Source: Nostoc sp.
GTDB lineage: Bacteria; Cyanobacteriota; Cyanobacteriia; Cyanobacteriales; Nostocaceae
Length of the DNA stretch: 64,000 nucleotides
Direction: 5' to 3'
NCBI RefSeq assembly: GCF_036919615.1
Contig: NZ_JBALCN010000088.1
Location: 60,226 to 124,225 of the forward strand
The stretch's first letter is position 1. Each line of letters begins with the position of its first letter. The position numbers were made by a program, and so were the translations under genes. Positions 53,201 through 62,231 of this stretch are shown one piece after another. The notes below the pieces were generated by a model, which was not told the DNA's origin, searched no databases, and was given only the letters and a program-made list of their open reading frames with translations.

Positions 53201-53688
53201 AAATTACTACTACCCAAGAATCCCACTGTGGGAGTGTTGGGGTCATTCCGATGCACAAGATATAACTTGGCGTGGAGAGGATGACGCAGAAACAGTTTAA
53301 TAATTAGTTTCTGAGTTTTTAGCTGATGACTTAACCGCCGCAACCCCGCTTCATCCTGATTAGTTGGCGCACCGATAGTCAACTGCTTGCGAAATTCTGA
53401 TGCCATGCGTTTTTTAAACCGCATGATGGTACTGTTGTCAATCCGTCCATCACCACTAACAAGGGTAAATGCCGCATGAACTTCATCACTGGGCAAGCTT
53501 TGCATCCCAATTAGCAAACGGCAACAAGCCTTTTCACTACCAATATACTGTTCAATCAAATCATCAATTCTTCGCCAACCTCTGAGGTTGAAGTAGCCAA
53601 CGCAAAAATCTGCCCGATAAGAGACTTTGAGAGTTTCTCGCAAAATCAGTAGCAGTTGTAAATCAATGTTGTCAAAAATCCGGGGCAT
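50260..53688 (-). CDS. PLD-nuclease / SNF2-family helicase fusion (restriction-like subunit)
   Basis: N-terminal HAKLY...GSSNL (PLD), Walker A GDVVGLGKT, Walker B IDESH, SATP, and HelicC ATDVLSEGHNLQ / QRAGRVDRIGQ. Confidence 0.9.
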   Translation of the reverse strand: MPRIFDNIDLQLLLILRETLKVSYRADFCVGYFNLRGWRRIDDLIEQYIGSEKACCRLLIGMQSLPSDEVHAAFTLVSGDGRIDNSTIMRFKKRMASEFRKQLTIGAPTNQDEAGLRRLSHQLKTQKLIIKLFLRHPLHAKLYLVHRNDPNTPTVGFLGSSNLTLPGLAKQGELNVDILDHDACNKLQKWFSDRWQDYGCVDISQELAEIIDQSWARQELISPYYIYLKIAYHLSHEAIAGLSEFRIPREFNNLFDFQKAAVQLAARHVTRRGGVLVGDVVGLGKTLVGTALAKILQEDCFLETLIICPKNLVQMWQEYVNNYRLLAEVMPISQVQNKLPKLRRYRVVLIDESHNLRNREGKRYRAITEYIAANESKCILLSATPYNKSYLDLSAQLRLFVPEDEDLGLRPEALINELGGSSVGELEFIRKHQCSVRSLAAFEKSEHPDDWRELMKRYMVRRTRSFIKDNYAYTDETGRKYLEFSDGRHSYFPQRIPRSLKFPLEGTDTDFYSRLYSESVVEIINQLNLPRYGLGNYVIAKSIQPPTDTEQRFINSLFRGGRRLMGFSRTNLFKRLESSGVVFIQSIERHILRNFIYLYALEQGLDIPIGTQDAELLDTSNNDEDADSVAAALFDTEIEEDDSTTSLQVEREEVTHFYNAEEKVSKTEKVFRQRAESIYQEYITRYQRRFKWLRSTLFDIKKLKRDLLEDVKALINVLQQCGEWNPQKDEKLAALIKLLTITHPQDKVLIFTQFADTVRYLADNLQSSHITNVAGVTGQSKDPTVMTGRFSPVSNGKREQISSSNELRVLIATDVLSEGHNLQDCAIIVNWDLPWAIIRLIQRAGRVDRIGQNADQILCYSFLPAEGVERIINLRGRLRKRLQENAEVVGTDEAFFEDDDARVILDLYNEKSGVLDGEEDTEVDLTSEAFQIWKKATDGNPGLKKTIEEMQNVVYSTRTHTPQPVQPEGVLLYMKTTEGNDSLIYVDRDGNSVTQSQLAVLRVAACEESTPAISRDKQHHELVKKGAELIAEEEKNAGGQLGRPSGARFRTYERLKSYVQQMKGTLFVSEELLKAIDEIYRYPLQQSAIDTLNRQLRSGINNQQLAELVVALRMDDRLCIVTEELEKREPQIICSLGLFQGS

Positions 53689-53849
53689 TACTCAAAAATC
53701 TATAAATATTTCGTACCTATGTTATATGAGTAAAAAATTTTTCCAGCCAGATTAGTGAAGAGTGCAAGACAAGAGACGTGATAAATCGCCGTCTGTACAA
53801 TAATCAGTCCCTCGTAGAGACGGCGATTTATTGCGTCTTCAAAAATTAT

Positions 53850-53882
53850 AAAAAAAAGAGCAGTTGCATAATACAACTGCTC
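53850..53882 (-). terminator. intrinsic terminator of ndhH
   Basis: GAGCAGTTG / CAACTGCTC stem followed by a U-tract on the minus strand. Confidence 0.7.
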
Positions 53883-53908
53883 TAAAAATCTACTTAAATA
53901 GATATTTT

Positions 53909-55093
53909 CTACCTATCTACAGACCCCATGATTACGTCAACACTGCCGAGAATCACCACGATATCTGCAACCTTCATTCCGCGCAATAAATGTGGGACAA
54001 TTTGGAGGTTGTTGAAATCTGCGGCGCGAATCTTCCACCGTAAGGGGAAGACGTTATCATCGCCAACCAAATAAATTCCCAATTCACCTTTGCCACTTTC
54101 TACACGAGAGTAGATTTCACCCTTGGGAATCTTAAAAGTAGGAGAAACTTTTTTGCCGATGAATTGATAATCAAATGCGTCCCACTCTGATTTTTTACCT
54201 GCGGCTAAACGCTTGGCTTCCAGATTTTCGTAAGGGCCGCCAGGAAGTCCTTTAATTGCTTGGCGAATAATCTTCACAGATTCGCGCATTTCCCGCATCC
54301 GCACCACGTAACGGGCAAAGCAATCACCGGCGGTTTCCCACTGCACGTCCCAGTCAAAGTCATCGTAGCATTCGTAATGGTCAACTTTCCGCAAATCCCA
54401 TTTCACGCCAGATGCGCGTAACATTGGACCAGAAAGTCCCCAGTTAATTGCTTCTTCACGGGTGACAGTACCAATACCCTCAACACGTCGCCGGAAGATG
54501 GGGTTATCGGTTACTAAGCGTTCGTACTCGTCAACTTTGGGTACTAAGTGGTCACAGAATTCCAAACACTTATCTACCCAACCATAGGGCAAATCGGCTG
54601 CTACTCCACCAATGCGGAAGTAGTTGTTATTTACCATCCGATAACCTGTAGCGGCTTCCCACAAATCATAAATCATCTCCCGTTCTCGGAACTGGTAGAA
54701 GAAGGGAGTTTGAGCGCCCACGTCAGCGAGGAAGGGGCCAAACCACAGCAAGTGGTTAGCGATGCGGTTCAACTCCAGCATGATGACGCGGATGTAGCTA
54801 GCACGTTTGGGGACAGCGACACCTGCAAGCTTTTCTGGGGCGTTGACAGTGACGGCTTCGTTGAACATTCCCGCAGCGTAGTCCCACCGACTAACGTAAG
54901 GGACGTACATTACATTAGTGCGGTTCTCAGCAATTTTTTCCATTCCCCGGTGCAGGTAGCCGATGACCGGTTCACAGTCAACGACATCCTCGCCATCCAG
55001 AGTCATGATTAGCCGCAGAACCCCGTGCATTGAGGGGTGGTGTGGCCCCATGTTTAGCACCATCGGTTCAGTGCGGGTTTCTAGTCTGGTCAT
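53909..55093 (-). CDS. ndhH: NDH-1 subunit H
   Basis: [27 protein letters not shown]...[12 protein letters not shown]. Confidence 0.98.
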   Translation of the reverse strand: MTRLETRTEPMVLNMGPHHPSMHGVLRLIMTLDGEDVVDCEPVIGYLHRGMEKIAENRTNVMYVPYVSRWDYAAGMFNEAVTVNAPEKLAGVAVPKRASYIRVIMLELNRIANHLLWFGPFLADVGAQTPFFYQFREREMIYDLWEAATGYRMVNNNYFRIGGVAADLPYGWVDKCLEFCDHLVPKVDEYERLVTDNPIFRRRVEGIGTVTREEAINWGLSGPMLRASGVKWDLRKVDHYECYDDFDWDVQWETAGDCFARYVVRMREMRESVKIIRQAIKGLPGGPYENLEAKRLAAGKKSEWDAFDYQFIGKKVSPTFKIPKGEIYSRVESGKGELGIYLVGDDNVFPLRWKIRAADFNNLQIVPHLLRGMKVADIVVILGSVDVIMGSVDR

Positions 55094-55346
55094 AGATTTC
55101 GTGTTCTCCTGTTGTGTTCGTGTAGCGTGCTGAAGGCAAAATTTTGAATTGAACCGCCAAAATGCCAACCAGGCCTGATTAATCTAGTCTGCCAAGCCAA
55201 AATTAAGCTTGCAGGAGCAATACTTTTAGGAAAACTACCTTTAGGGCGTCTAGATGTATTGCCCATACAGAGATATGTTGGAGAGGGAGTGACAGAGGAG
55301 GGATTTTACTTGATGTTTCATTTTGTTGCACTTCTTCAATTATTAT

Positions 55347-56234
55347 ATGGAAGCTCGATATCAGGGACTTGAGGTGCAAGATTTTTCTCACATTCCCGTT
55401 TTGGGTCGGGAGGTAATTGAAGGTTTGGCGATGCATCCGGGTGGGCATTATTTAGATGTGACGGTAGGCGGTGGTGGTCACAGTCGCCTGATCTTAGAAG
55501 CTGCGGCGGATGTGCGAATAACGGCAGTTGACCAGGATGAGGAGGCTTTAGCAGCGGCTAGGAAAGAATTGGCAGAGTTTGGCGATCGCATACAATTTAT
55601 TTATAACAATTTTGCAAACTACGAGTTTACCCCTAACACTTTCGATGGTATCTTAGCCGATTTGGGGGTGAGTTCTTACCATTTAGATCAGCCGGAACGG
55701 GGTTTCAGCTTTCGCCAAGCTGCGAATTTGGATATGCGAATGGATCGAGGGCGATCGCTAACTGCTGCTGATGTGATCAATAATTGGGATGAAGCGGAAT
55801 TAGCAGATATTTTCTTTAAGTACGGTGAAGAGAGATTATCGCGGCGCATTGCTAGACGCATTGTCGAACGGCGGCCGTTGCACACGACTGTTGAATTGGC
55901 TGAAGCGATCGCTTCTTCTGTTCCTCCAAAATACCGTTATGGGAGAATTCATCCCGCTACCCGTGTTTTTCAAGCTCTGCGAATTGTCGTCAACGATGAG
56001 TTAAAATCCCTAGAAACCTTTTTGGATAAAGCACCAAATGCGCTTGTCCCTGGTGGCAGAATTGCGATTATCAGTTTTCACAGTCTGGAAGACCGCCCGG
56101 TGAAGCATGGTTTAAGAAATTCACCTCTGTTAAAGGTCTTGACAAAAAAGCCGATTATTGCACAAGAAGAGGAAATTCAGAGGAATCCGCGATCGCGATC
56201 GGCCAAACTGAGGATAGCCCAAAAGCTGCTGTAA
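55347..56234 (+). CDS. rsmH: 16S rRNA m4C1402 methyltransferase
   Basis: [56 protein letters not shown]. Confidence 0.97.
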   Translation: MEARYQGLEVQDFSHIPVLGREVIEGLAMHPGGHYLDVTVGGGGHSRLILEAAADVRITAVDQDEEALAAARKELAEFGDRIQFIYNNFANYEFTPNTFDGILADLGVSSYHLDQPERGFSFRQAANLDMRMDRGRSLTAADVINNWDEAELADIFFKYGEERLSRRIARRIVERRPLHTTVELAEAIASSVPPKYRYGRIHPATRVFQALRIVVNDELKSLETFLDKAPNALVPGGRIAIISFHSLEDRPVKHGLRNSPLLKVLTKKPIIAQEEEIQRNPRSRSAKLRIAQKLL

Positions 56235-56251
56235 CTGCAATGAATGCAGCC

Positions 56252-56476
56252 TTAAACTGCTCCATCTCGTGGCTCAGAACTGCTGCGAATATGCTCAATG
56301 AACTTAGGATAATTTTCTAAATCCTGTTCTGACTGTAACAGTGGCATTTCAATTCAATGACCTTCAACATGCAGCTTATCCACATAAGCGTAGAAGGCTT
56401 CCTGATCTTCCCGATGAGTAAGAACGTAATTATGTAACTCTTTCTGACTCATTGCATGAAAATTAGGCTTGCTCAT
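56252..56476 (-). pseudogene. DUF6887-like small protein pseudogene
   Basis: MSKPNFHAMSQKELHNYVLTHREDQEAFYAYV, +1 frameshift, then DKLHVEGH*IEMPLLQS...PRDGAV*. Confidence 0.65.
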
Positions 56477-56571
56477 CCTATGTATCTCTATTTACCGTTA
56501 GGGTATATCTGATAAAAGGGAAATGGTGTTGTGGTACATTACTCTACCCATCCTTGAGAATGCATTTTCCT

Positions 56572-57060
56572 CTACTCGCTCTTGACTTTACCTAGTGAAA
56601 AGAAATCTGACAGCCTGATTTTTAAAGCAGAAATTACCAGGATGACAGTTTTCCAAACATTATTAAGGTTAACCAGCAAACGAGGATAGTCTTTGTGTAG
56701 CATCTCCCAATTCACTTCATACAAATCCCCTAGCCATTCTTCACGTCGTTCTGGGGGGAAGAGGTAAGCAATTGGGGAAGCTATCCACCTACTAGCCCAA
56801 GTTTCAGCAGGATCAGATTTTTTATACTTACGTAATCTTTTCTTTAATTTGGAGAGCTTCTCTAAATTTTCTACTGAGTCTTCTAAATCGTTCAGCACTT
56901 TCTGAACTATCAACTCTTCCACAACTTTGATAACTTCCTCTGATTTTAAAGATGTTATGGCCTCCAAGTGTTGTGTCTTGAGTTGAATTTCTTTTATAGT
57001 AAATTCCCAATCGTTATTTTCAATTTCTGTACCTGCTGTTCCACTAACTGGGCTGCCAAG
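56572..57060 (-). CDS. PadR-partner protein of unknown function, start uncertain
   Basis: C-terminal IAYLFPPERREEWLGDLYE motif; the ORF-track extension to 57354 overlaps padR and is probably not translated. Confidence 0.6.
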   Translation of the reverse strand, partial: LGSPVSGTAGTEIENNDWEFTIKEIQLKTQHLEAITSLKSEEVIKVVEELIVQKVLNDLEDSVENLEKLSKLKKRLRKYKKSDPAETWASRWIASPIAYLFPPERREEWLGDLYEVNWEMLHKDYPRLLVNLNNVWKTVILVISALKIRLSDFFSLGKVKSE

Positions 57061-57397
57061 TAAGTAGGTTAGAGCGGAAAGATTGGACGGCTTCGAGAGT
57101 CGCAACGCCGCTACCTGTAAGTTTGTAATAGCGCCGTCTTGCTCCACCTCGTTCTTCACGCCCTTCATCTCCCCAGCGGGATTCGACAAGCCCTTTCTTT
57201 TCCAGAGAATGGAGAACGGGGTAAAGGGTGCCAATCCCCATTTTAGTATTACCGCCGCTAGCCTCTTCCATAGCCTGCGGAATTTGCAGACCATAGAGTT
57301 CTTTGTTGTAGAGTGCAAGCAATACGATTTCTTCTCGTGGTGAAACTTGGGCATTGGTTGAACCTTTATTAAATATTTGGGTATGTTTGTGTATCAT
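57044..57397 (-). CDS. PadR family transcriptional regulator
   Basis: ELYGLQI, GTLYPVLHSLEKKGLVESRW, RRRYYKLTGSG. Confidence 0.93.
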   Translation of the reverse strand: MIHKHTQIFNKGSTNAQVSPREEIVLLALYNKELYGLQIPQAMEEASGGNTKMGIGTLYPVLHSLEKKGLVESRWGDEGREERGGARRRYYKLTGSGVATLEAVQSFRSNLLTWQPS

Positions 57398-57432
57398 GTT
57401 GTAGCAAATCTCCTAGATATATTTAGACATTT

Positions 57433-57501
57433 CTCGTTGTTACGACCCCTGTTATGGGGCAACAAGCCTACTCGCTGTTACGACTCCTGTAACGGGGCAG
57501 C
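57433..57501. repeat. twin 31-nt palindromic repeats upstream of padR
   Basis: CTCGTTGTTACGACCCCTGTTATGGGGCAAC and CTCGCTGTTACGACTCCTGTAACGGGGCAGC, 38-nt period. Confidence 0.75.
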
Positions 57502-57694
57502 GGGACTTTTATCTTAAATTAAGTATATCTTATAAATTTGATAATTGCTGTCAAACATCTATGCAGCTTGGGCAAGCCGTACTTGCTGCCAACACTTTAA
57601 AACTTGCAGAGCAATTCCTTTTGAGAAATGATATCAACTCCGCTCAAACAACGATCTGTTAACCTAGCGCTGTTGAAAAGTTAAAACAGAGTAG

Positions 57695-57901
57695 ATGGAA
57701 ATTAGCAATCTGTTTACAGCAGGTGGCGTGGTCATCTGACCTCTGCTGGGGTTCTCCTTGTTAGCGGTGGCGCTGATTCTCAAACGTATCAGCTTTTAGG
57801 CAAGGATAAATAATCGCCAAAACAAGCTGGTGCAAGAGGTGTTACAGCTTTATCACCTTAATAATGTAGTTGGTGCTTTAGATAAATTGCAGAAAAATGA
57901 T
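57695..57901 (+). pseudogene. exbB: ExbB/TolQ/MotA family 5' fragment
   Basis: MEISNLFTAGGVVI*PLLGFSLLAVALILKRISF*ARINNRQNKLVQEVLQLYHLNNVVGALDKLQKN; both stops fall where Trp is expected. Confidence 0.75.
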
Positions 57902-58048
57902 GAAGCGGAAGTGGGTAATTGTAAATTAGTAATCAGTAATTGGGATTAGTTTACTAGTTGTTACCGATTTTGCTCATGATTTTCGACTTTAATAGTATTC
58001 TAAAATGACGAATAGCCTTTTTCGCTAAAGTTTTTAAGGGAATACTCT

Positions 58049-58255
58049 ATGACTATTTGGGTAAATGAGCAAATTGATCCGTCTGGAATGATTCATGCCT
58101 GTATTGCTACTTATAATGAATCTCAAGCCAAAGATTGTCATGATTCCTTTGAGAATAATTTGACCGAGACGCAAAAGGCAGCAGGTTGGGTAGCGCAATT
58201 GCGGACAGTCGATTCTTGGGATGAAGTGCCAGTGAATTCTTTAAAACTTAATTAA
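58049..58255 (+). CDS. small conserved cyanobacterial protein
   Basis: MTIWVNEQIDPSGMIHACIA...GWVAQLRTVDSWDEVPVNSLKL. Confidence 0.75.
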   Translation: MTIWVNEQIDPSGMIHACIATYNESQAKDCHDSFENNLTETQKAAGWVAQLRTVDSWDEVPVNSLKLN

Positions 58256-58475
58256 TTGGGTGCTATGAAAAGTAGGCTGTATAGCTTAACCATTTCCAAG
58301 CAAACACGATTACCTTTGTTTTTTCTGCTTGCCTTTGGCGAAAGTCCGAGGCGCTTTACCTCACCAGATGGCTGTTTAGTCCTGCTTTACTGACAGTTTG
58401 ACCATTTTGGTTTGAGATGCAAATCGTCTGAGATGGAGGTCATTTTTTGAGATTTTGATCGAACATATTTCAAGA

Positions 58476-58504
58476 GTGTAGGCGTAGCCCGCCATAGGCA
58501 TCGC
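58476..58504. repeat. degenerate HIP1 split by a 21-nt SDR5-type insert
   Basis: GTG-TAGGCGTAGCCCGCCATAGGC-ATCGC. Confidence 0.7.
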
Positions 58505-58731
58505 TTGTCTACCACACGCTGCACCTATGCCAATACCTACAGCGATCGCAGCAAATCCCATTAGAACAGGTTAATGAAGGATAAAATTCGGATTAAAATT
58601 ATCAAATTATTAACAACTGCTTTCAAAAAAAGTAATATATTAGAGAAAATTGATAATTTTTTGGAACTTTTAAGAGTTATCATCTATACCGTAGATTAAA
58701 TTAAAAAACTTGCCAAAACCGAATCAATTTA

Positions 58732-59289
58732 GTGAACTATCCCAGAGTTTACACTTCGGAGCAAGCCTGTCCCATTAATTTAGTTGACGAAAGGGGACAA
58801 GCGGTTCAAATTTCAATTCACGCTCCCAGTCAATATATCTGTGCCAATTGCGAACGGATATTACCAGATTGGAAACAGCAGCCATTTTTACGAGTAGTGA
58901 TTGTCTTACAGCAATCGCGTTATCAACTAGTCGAAAAGACAGCAGAAGTAGAGACAGAAAAAGAACGCCTACGAGAAAAGTTTATGAGATTTGGCTGCGA
59001 TTTGGCATTTAAACTGCGCGATTGCGGCTATTTAACAGACCTAATCGACCCTCGTACAGGCTATCCTTTACTGTCTCATCCTGGAGCAATTCCCCACGAC
59101 GACACAGCAGCAGTCAAAGCTTTACTCAACTATCCAGTCATTAAAAATAGCTGCCGTGTGCTAGTGCATCCCGACTGGGGTGCAGCAGTTTATCCTAGCA
59201 TCTTGATATCAGAAGCTCCCCCAATTGCGATCGAATGGGTTACAAAAGGTATAGCAGCCATGCATGGGTGGAAAGAAATTGATTATTAA
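58732..59289 (+). CDS. MMADHC/CblD-like protein
   Basis: EKERLREKF..FG...DLIDPRTGYPL...W..AVYPS motif set. Confidence 0.8.
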   Translation: MNYPRVYTSEQACPINLVDERGQAVQISIHAPSQYICANCERILPDWKQQPFLRVVIVLQQSRYQLVEKTAEVETEKERLREKFMRFGCDLAFKLRDCGYLTDLIDPRTGYPLLSHPGAIPHDDTAAVKALLNYPVIKNSCRVLVHPDWGAAVYPSILISEAPPIAIEWVTKGIAAMHGWKEIDY

Positions 59290-59363
59290 TTGGGCGTTGG
59301 ATCGCTCTCCTTTCTATTTGCGTTATTCTTTCAGAATTAATCTGACGGTTGTCAGTTTTGAAG

Positions 59364-60587
59364 CTAATCAAATTTACAAGTAGATTCTGGTTTTACAGGA
59401 CATATTTTGGAAGCGATCGGGTTATTTTTAATATTAAGAATATCCAGTTTTTTCAGAGCAGATAAAAGCTTGATATTGCTGACTTCATTTGAGTAGAGGT
59501 AGAGAGAAGTCAAATTAGTTAGAGAAGACAAAGGCTTGATATCGCTGATTTTATTTGAGTAGAGGTAGAGAGAAGTCAAATTAGTCAGAGAAGACAAAGG
59601 CTTGATATCGCCGATTTTATTTGAGCCGAGGGAGAGATAAGTCAAATTATTTAGATTGAATAAAGGCTTGATATCGCTGATTTTATTTAAGTCGAGGTAG
59701 AGAGCAGTCAAATTAGCCAGAGCAGACAAATACTTAATATCGCTGATTTCATTTGAGCTAAGGTCGAGAAAATTCAAATTAGTCAGAGAAGACAAAGGCT
59801 TGATATCACTGATTTTATTTGAGTTGAGCAAGAGTTGAGTCAAATTAGTCAGATTGGACAAAGGCTTGATATCCCTGATTTCATTTGCAAAAAGGTCGAG
59901 TTCAGTCAAATTAGTCAAATTGAAAAAAGGCTCGATATCCTTGATTTCATTTGATTTCAGGTAAAGAGAAGTCAAATTAGTCAGATTGGACAAAGGCTTG
60001 ATATCCCTGATTTTATTTGAGTTAAGGTCGAGAATAGTCAAATTAGTTAGAGTGGACAAAGGCTTAATATCGCTGATTTTATTTGCGGCGAGGTTGAAAA
60101 TAGTCAAATTAGTCAGATTAGACAAAGGCTTGATATCCGTGATTTCATTTGCGTATAAGGAGAATTTAGTCAAATTAGTTAGAGTGGACAAAGGCTTGAT
60201 ATCACTAATTTTATTTGCGGCGATGGAGAGACAAGTCAAATTAGTCAGATTGGACAAAGGCTTGATATCGCTGATTTTATTGAAATTGAGGGAGAGATAA
60301 ATCAAATTAGTTAGAGTGGATAAGGGCTTGATATCACTGATTTCATTTAAGTCGAGGTTGAGAAAAGTCAAATTAGTCAGCTTTTGGTTAGCCTGCTTGC
60401 AATTTTGAGTATGGGCTTTTTCTAACAGTACCTCAATAGTATGTTTTGTCTCTGGAGGTAAAGTTGATTTCTGCTTACACCAATCTGTAAAGCTTTTGAG
60501 AGTTGCCAGAGGAGCAGCAATGGTCTGTGTGGTGTAAAATTCCAAAGTAAAAGTAAATATTGTTGCGATGCTTGATGTAAATTTCAT
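59364..60587 (-). CDS. secreted internalin-like leucine-rich repeat protein (22-aa repeats)
   Basis: Repeated LxxLxLxxNxISDIKPLSxLTN units, 66-nt DNA period, signal-like N-terminus. Confidence 0.93.
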   Translation of the reverse strand: MKFTSSIATIFTFTLEFYTTQTIAAPLATLKSFTDWCKQKSTLPPETKHTIEVLLEKAHTQNCKQANQKLTNLTFLNLDLNEISDIKPLSTLTNLIYLSLNFNKISDIKPLSNLTNLTCLSIAANKISDIKPLSTLTNLTKFSLYANEITDIKPLSNLTNLTIFNLAANKISDIKPLSTLTNLTILDLNSNKIRDIKPLSNLTNLTSLYLKSNEIKDIEPFFNLTNLTELDLFANEIRDIKPLSNLTNLTQLLLNSNKISDIKPLSSLTNLNFLDLSSNEISDIKYLSALANLTALYLDLNKISDIKPLFNLNNLTYLSLGSNKIGDIKPLSSLTNLTSLYLYSNKISDIKPLSSLTNLTSLYLYSNEVSNIKLLSALKKLDILNIKNNPIASKICPVKPESTCKFD

Positions 60588-60677
60588 TGCATAATATTAT
60601 ACTATTTAATTATGCAATTATACTAAACAAAAATTATCCAAAATTGGTATAAAAAATTAATTTAAATAAAAATAAAA

Positions 60678-61694
60678 TCAGCTATTTTTCGGTTTACGCA
60701 ATTTCTGAGAACCAATTGGGCCGAGAATTTGGTTAAGGTCACGCAACTGTTCAGCTGTACCCATCCCAATTAGCCGATCGCCCGGCATTAAAACCGTATC
60801 GCCAGTGGGGCCACCGATTAAAGTCCCATCAAGGCGGCGAATTGCCAGAACTAATGCCCCAGATTGCGATCGCAATCTCGCCTTTTGTAAAGTTTGACCG
60901 ACAAAAGGACAAAAAGCTGGGTCGAGTAAAAATTCTTCCATATACAATTGACGGTCTGCACCTGTCAAAATACCGTCTACAAAGTCCAATACTTGGGGTC
61001 TGAGAGCCGCAGCAGCCATGCGCTTGCCCCCAGTAATATAGGGGGATATCACTTCATCTGCACCACCGCGTTGTAACTTCTGCAAAGCTTCTTCTGTACT
61101 TGCGCGGGCGATCGCTCGAATTCCCGTATTCAGTGTTTTTGCTGATAAAACAACATATAAATTTTCGGCATCTGAAGGAAGTGCTGCAACGATACAAGTC
61201 GCTCTTTCAATACCAACTTTTAGGAGTGTATCATCTAATGTAGCGTCACCTTGGTATGCCGTGTAACCTTCCATCTGCGCCCTTTGTATAGATTCCATCT
61301 CCGAATCAATCACCACAAAAAGTACACCTTCTGCCTGAAATTCCTTGGCAATTTGACGACCAGTCCGACTAAATCCACAGATGATGTAATGTTCTGATAG
61401 AGATTCCATTAACCGCCTCTGCTGCTGTAGCCGAATTCCTTCTTGAAAGTAGCCTTGAATGATCGCTTCTGTAAATCTATTGACAATGTAACCGATATTC
61501 ACTACACCCAACAAAATCAGGGCAATTGTAAACAATCGTCCTCGGCTACCCATTGGGTGGATCTCTCCATATCCCACAGTCGCTAAAGTGATGACTGTCA
61601 TGTAAGCCGCGTCTTCCCATGACCAGCCCTCCACTAACCAGTACCACAAAGTGCCAATGACGAAAACACCGCCGAGAGCGATCGCCCCAGCCAT
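60678..61694 (-). CDS. potassium channel protein with RCK/TrkA domains
   Basis: TLATVGYG selectivity filter, ICGFSRTG (RCK_N), C-terminal TrkA_C domain. Confidence 0.93.
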   Translation of the reverse strand: MAGAIALGGVFVIGTLWYWLVEGWSWEDAAYMTVITLATVGYGEIHPMGSRGRLFTIALILLGVVNIGYIVNRFTEAIIQGYFQEGIRLQQQRRLMESLSEHYIICGFSRTGRQIAKEFQAEGVLFVVIDSEMESIQRAQMEGYTAYQGDATLDDTLLKVGIERATCIVAALPSDAENLYVVLSAKTLNTGIRAIARASTEEALQKLQRGGADEVISPYITGGKRMAAAALRPQVLDFVDGILTGADRQLYMEEFLLDPAFCPFVGQTLQKARLRSQSGALVLAIRRLDGTLIGGPTGDTVLMPGDRLIGMGTAEQLRDLNQILGPIGSQKLRKPKNS

Positions 61695-62040
61695 TAACTC
61701 TTTTTGGATACGTTGATATTTTTGCTCAAGTGTTGAAAATGACGTAAAAATAATATTTTTAGCCTACTTTTTTGAGTTTTCTACTAACTTTATACCATTC
61801 GTCCTCTTTAGTACATTTAAACTACAAGTTATCTAAACTAATAGTCCAAACTCAGTACTCCTAAGACTTAAAAATATTCATCTTTAACTTTACATGAGGC
61901 TCTAATGTCCAGAAGCATATTTTGGAGAGAGTGTTGGTATTGCTTCTTCCATTAATTTATTAATTTTACTGATCATACAAGTCTAAGGGAATTATCAAAA
62001 AAACTGTATTAAAAAATACGGTTTTTTTGGTAACAATCAG

Positions 62041-62140
62041 CTATCAAAGGTCACCAGAGCGATAGCGCGGAGCACGCACCGTAGGTGATATCTCTACAAG
62101 ACGCTTTGCGTAGTAAGATCCCCGTAGGGGTACGCTAACG
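62041..62140. repeat. nested short dispersed repeats
   Basis: GCGATAGCGCGGAGCACGCACCGTAGG, TCTCTACAAGACGCTTTGCG, CCCCGTAGGGG blocks. Confidence 0.55.
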
Positions 62141-62231
62141 CAGAATTTTTCGGGCTACTGGCATTGTTCTAGTACTGATGAATCACCATACTGTACTGTG
62201 TAGATAGTAGCTGCAAGGTAGATAACTGGAG

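Noticed and set aside
45071-53688. Calling the locus a complete DISARM, BREX or type I RM system
   Set aside because: No DrmA/DrmB (DUF1998), PglZ/BrxC or HsdS/HsdR genes are present in the window.
58376-58561. 61-aa minus-strand ORF MGFAAIAVGIGIG...
   Set aside because: It is partly built from an SDR insert in a HIP1 site; no family evidence.
59364-60587. LRR repeats as a diversity-generating retroelement target
   Set aside because: There is no reverse transcriptase or separate template repeat, and the differences are not adenine-specific.
61695-61760. Possible loss of an upstream start for the K+ channel (in-frame STLEQKYQRIQKEL before ATG 61694)
   Set aside because: The downstream ATG gives a complete channel; this cannot be resolved without orthologs.
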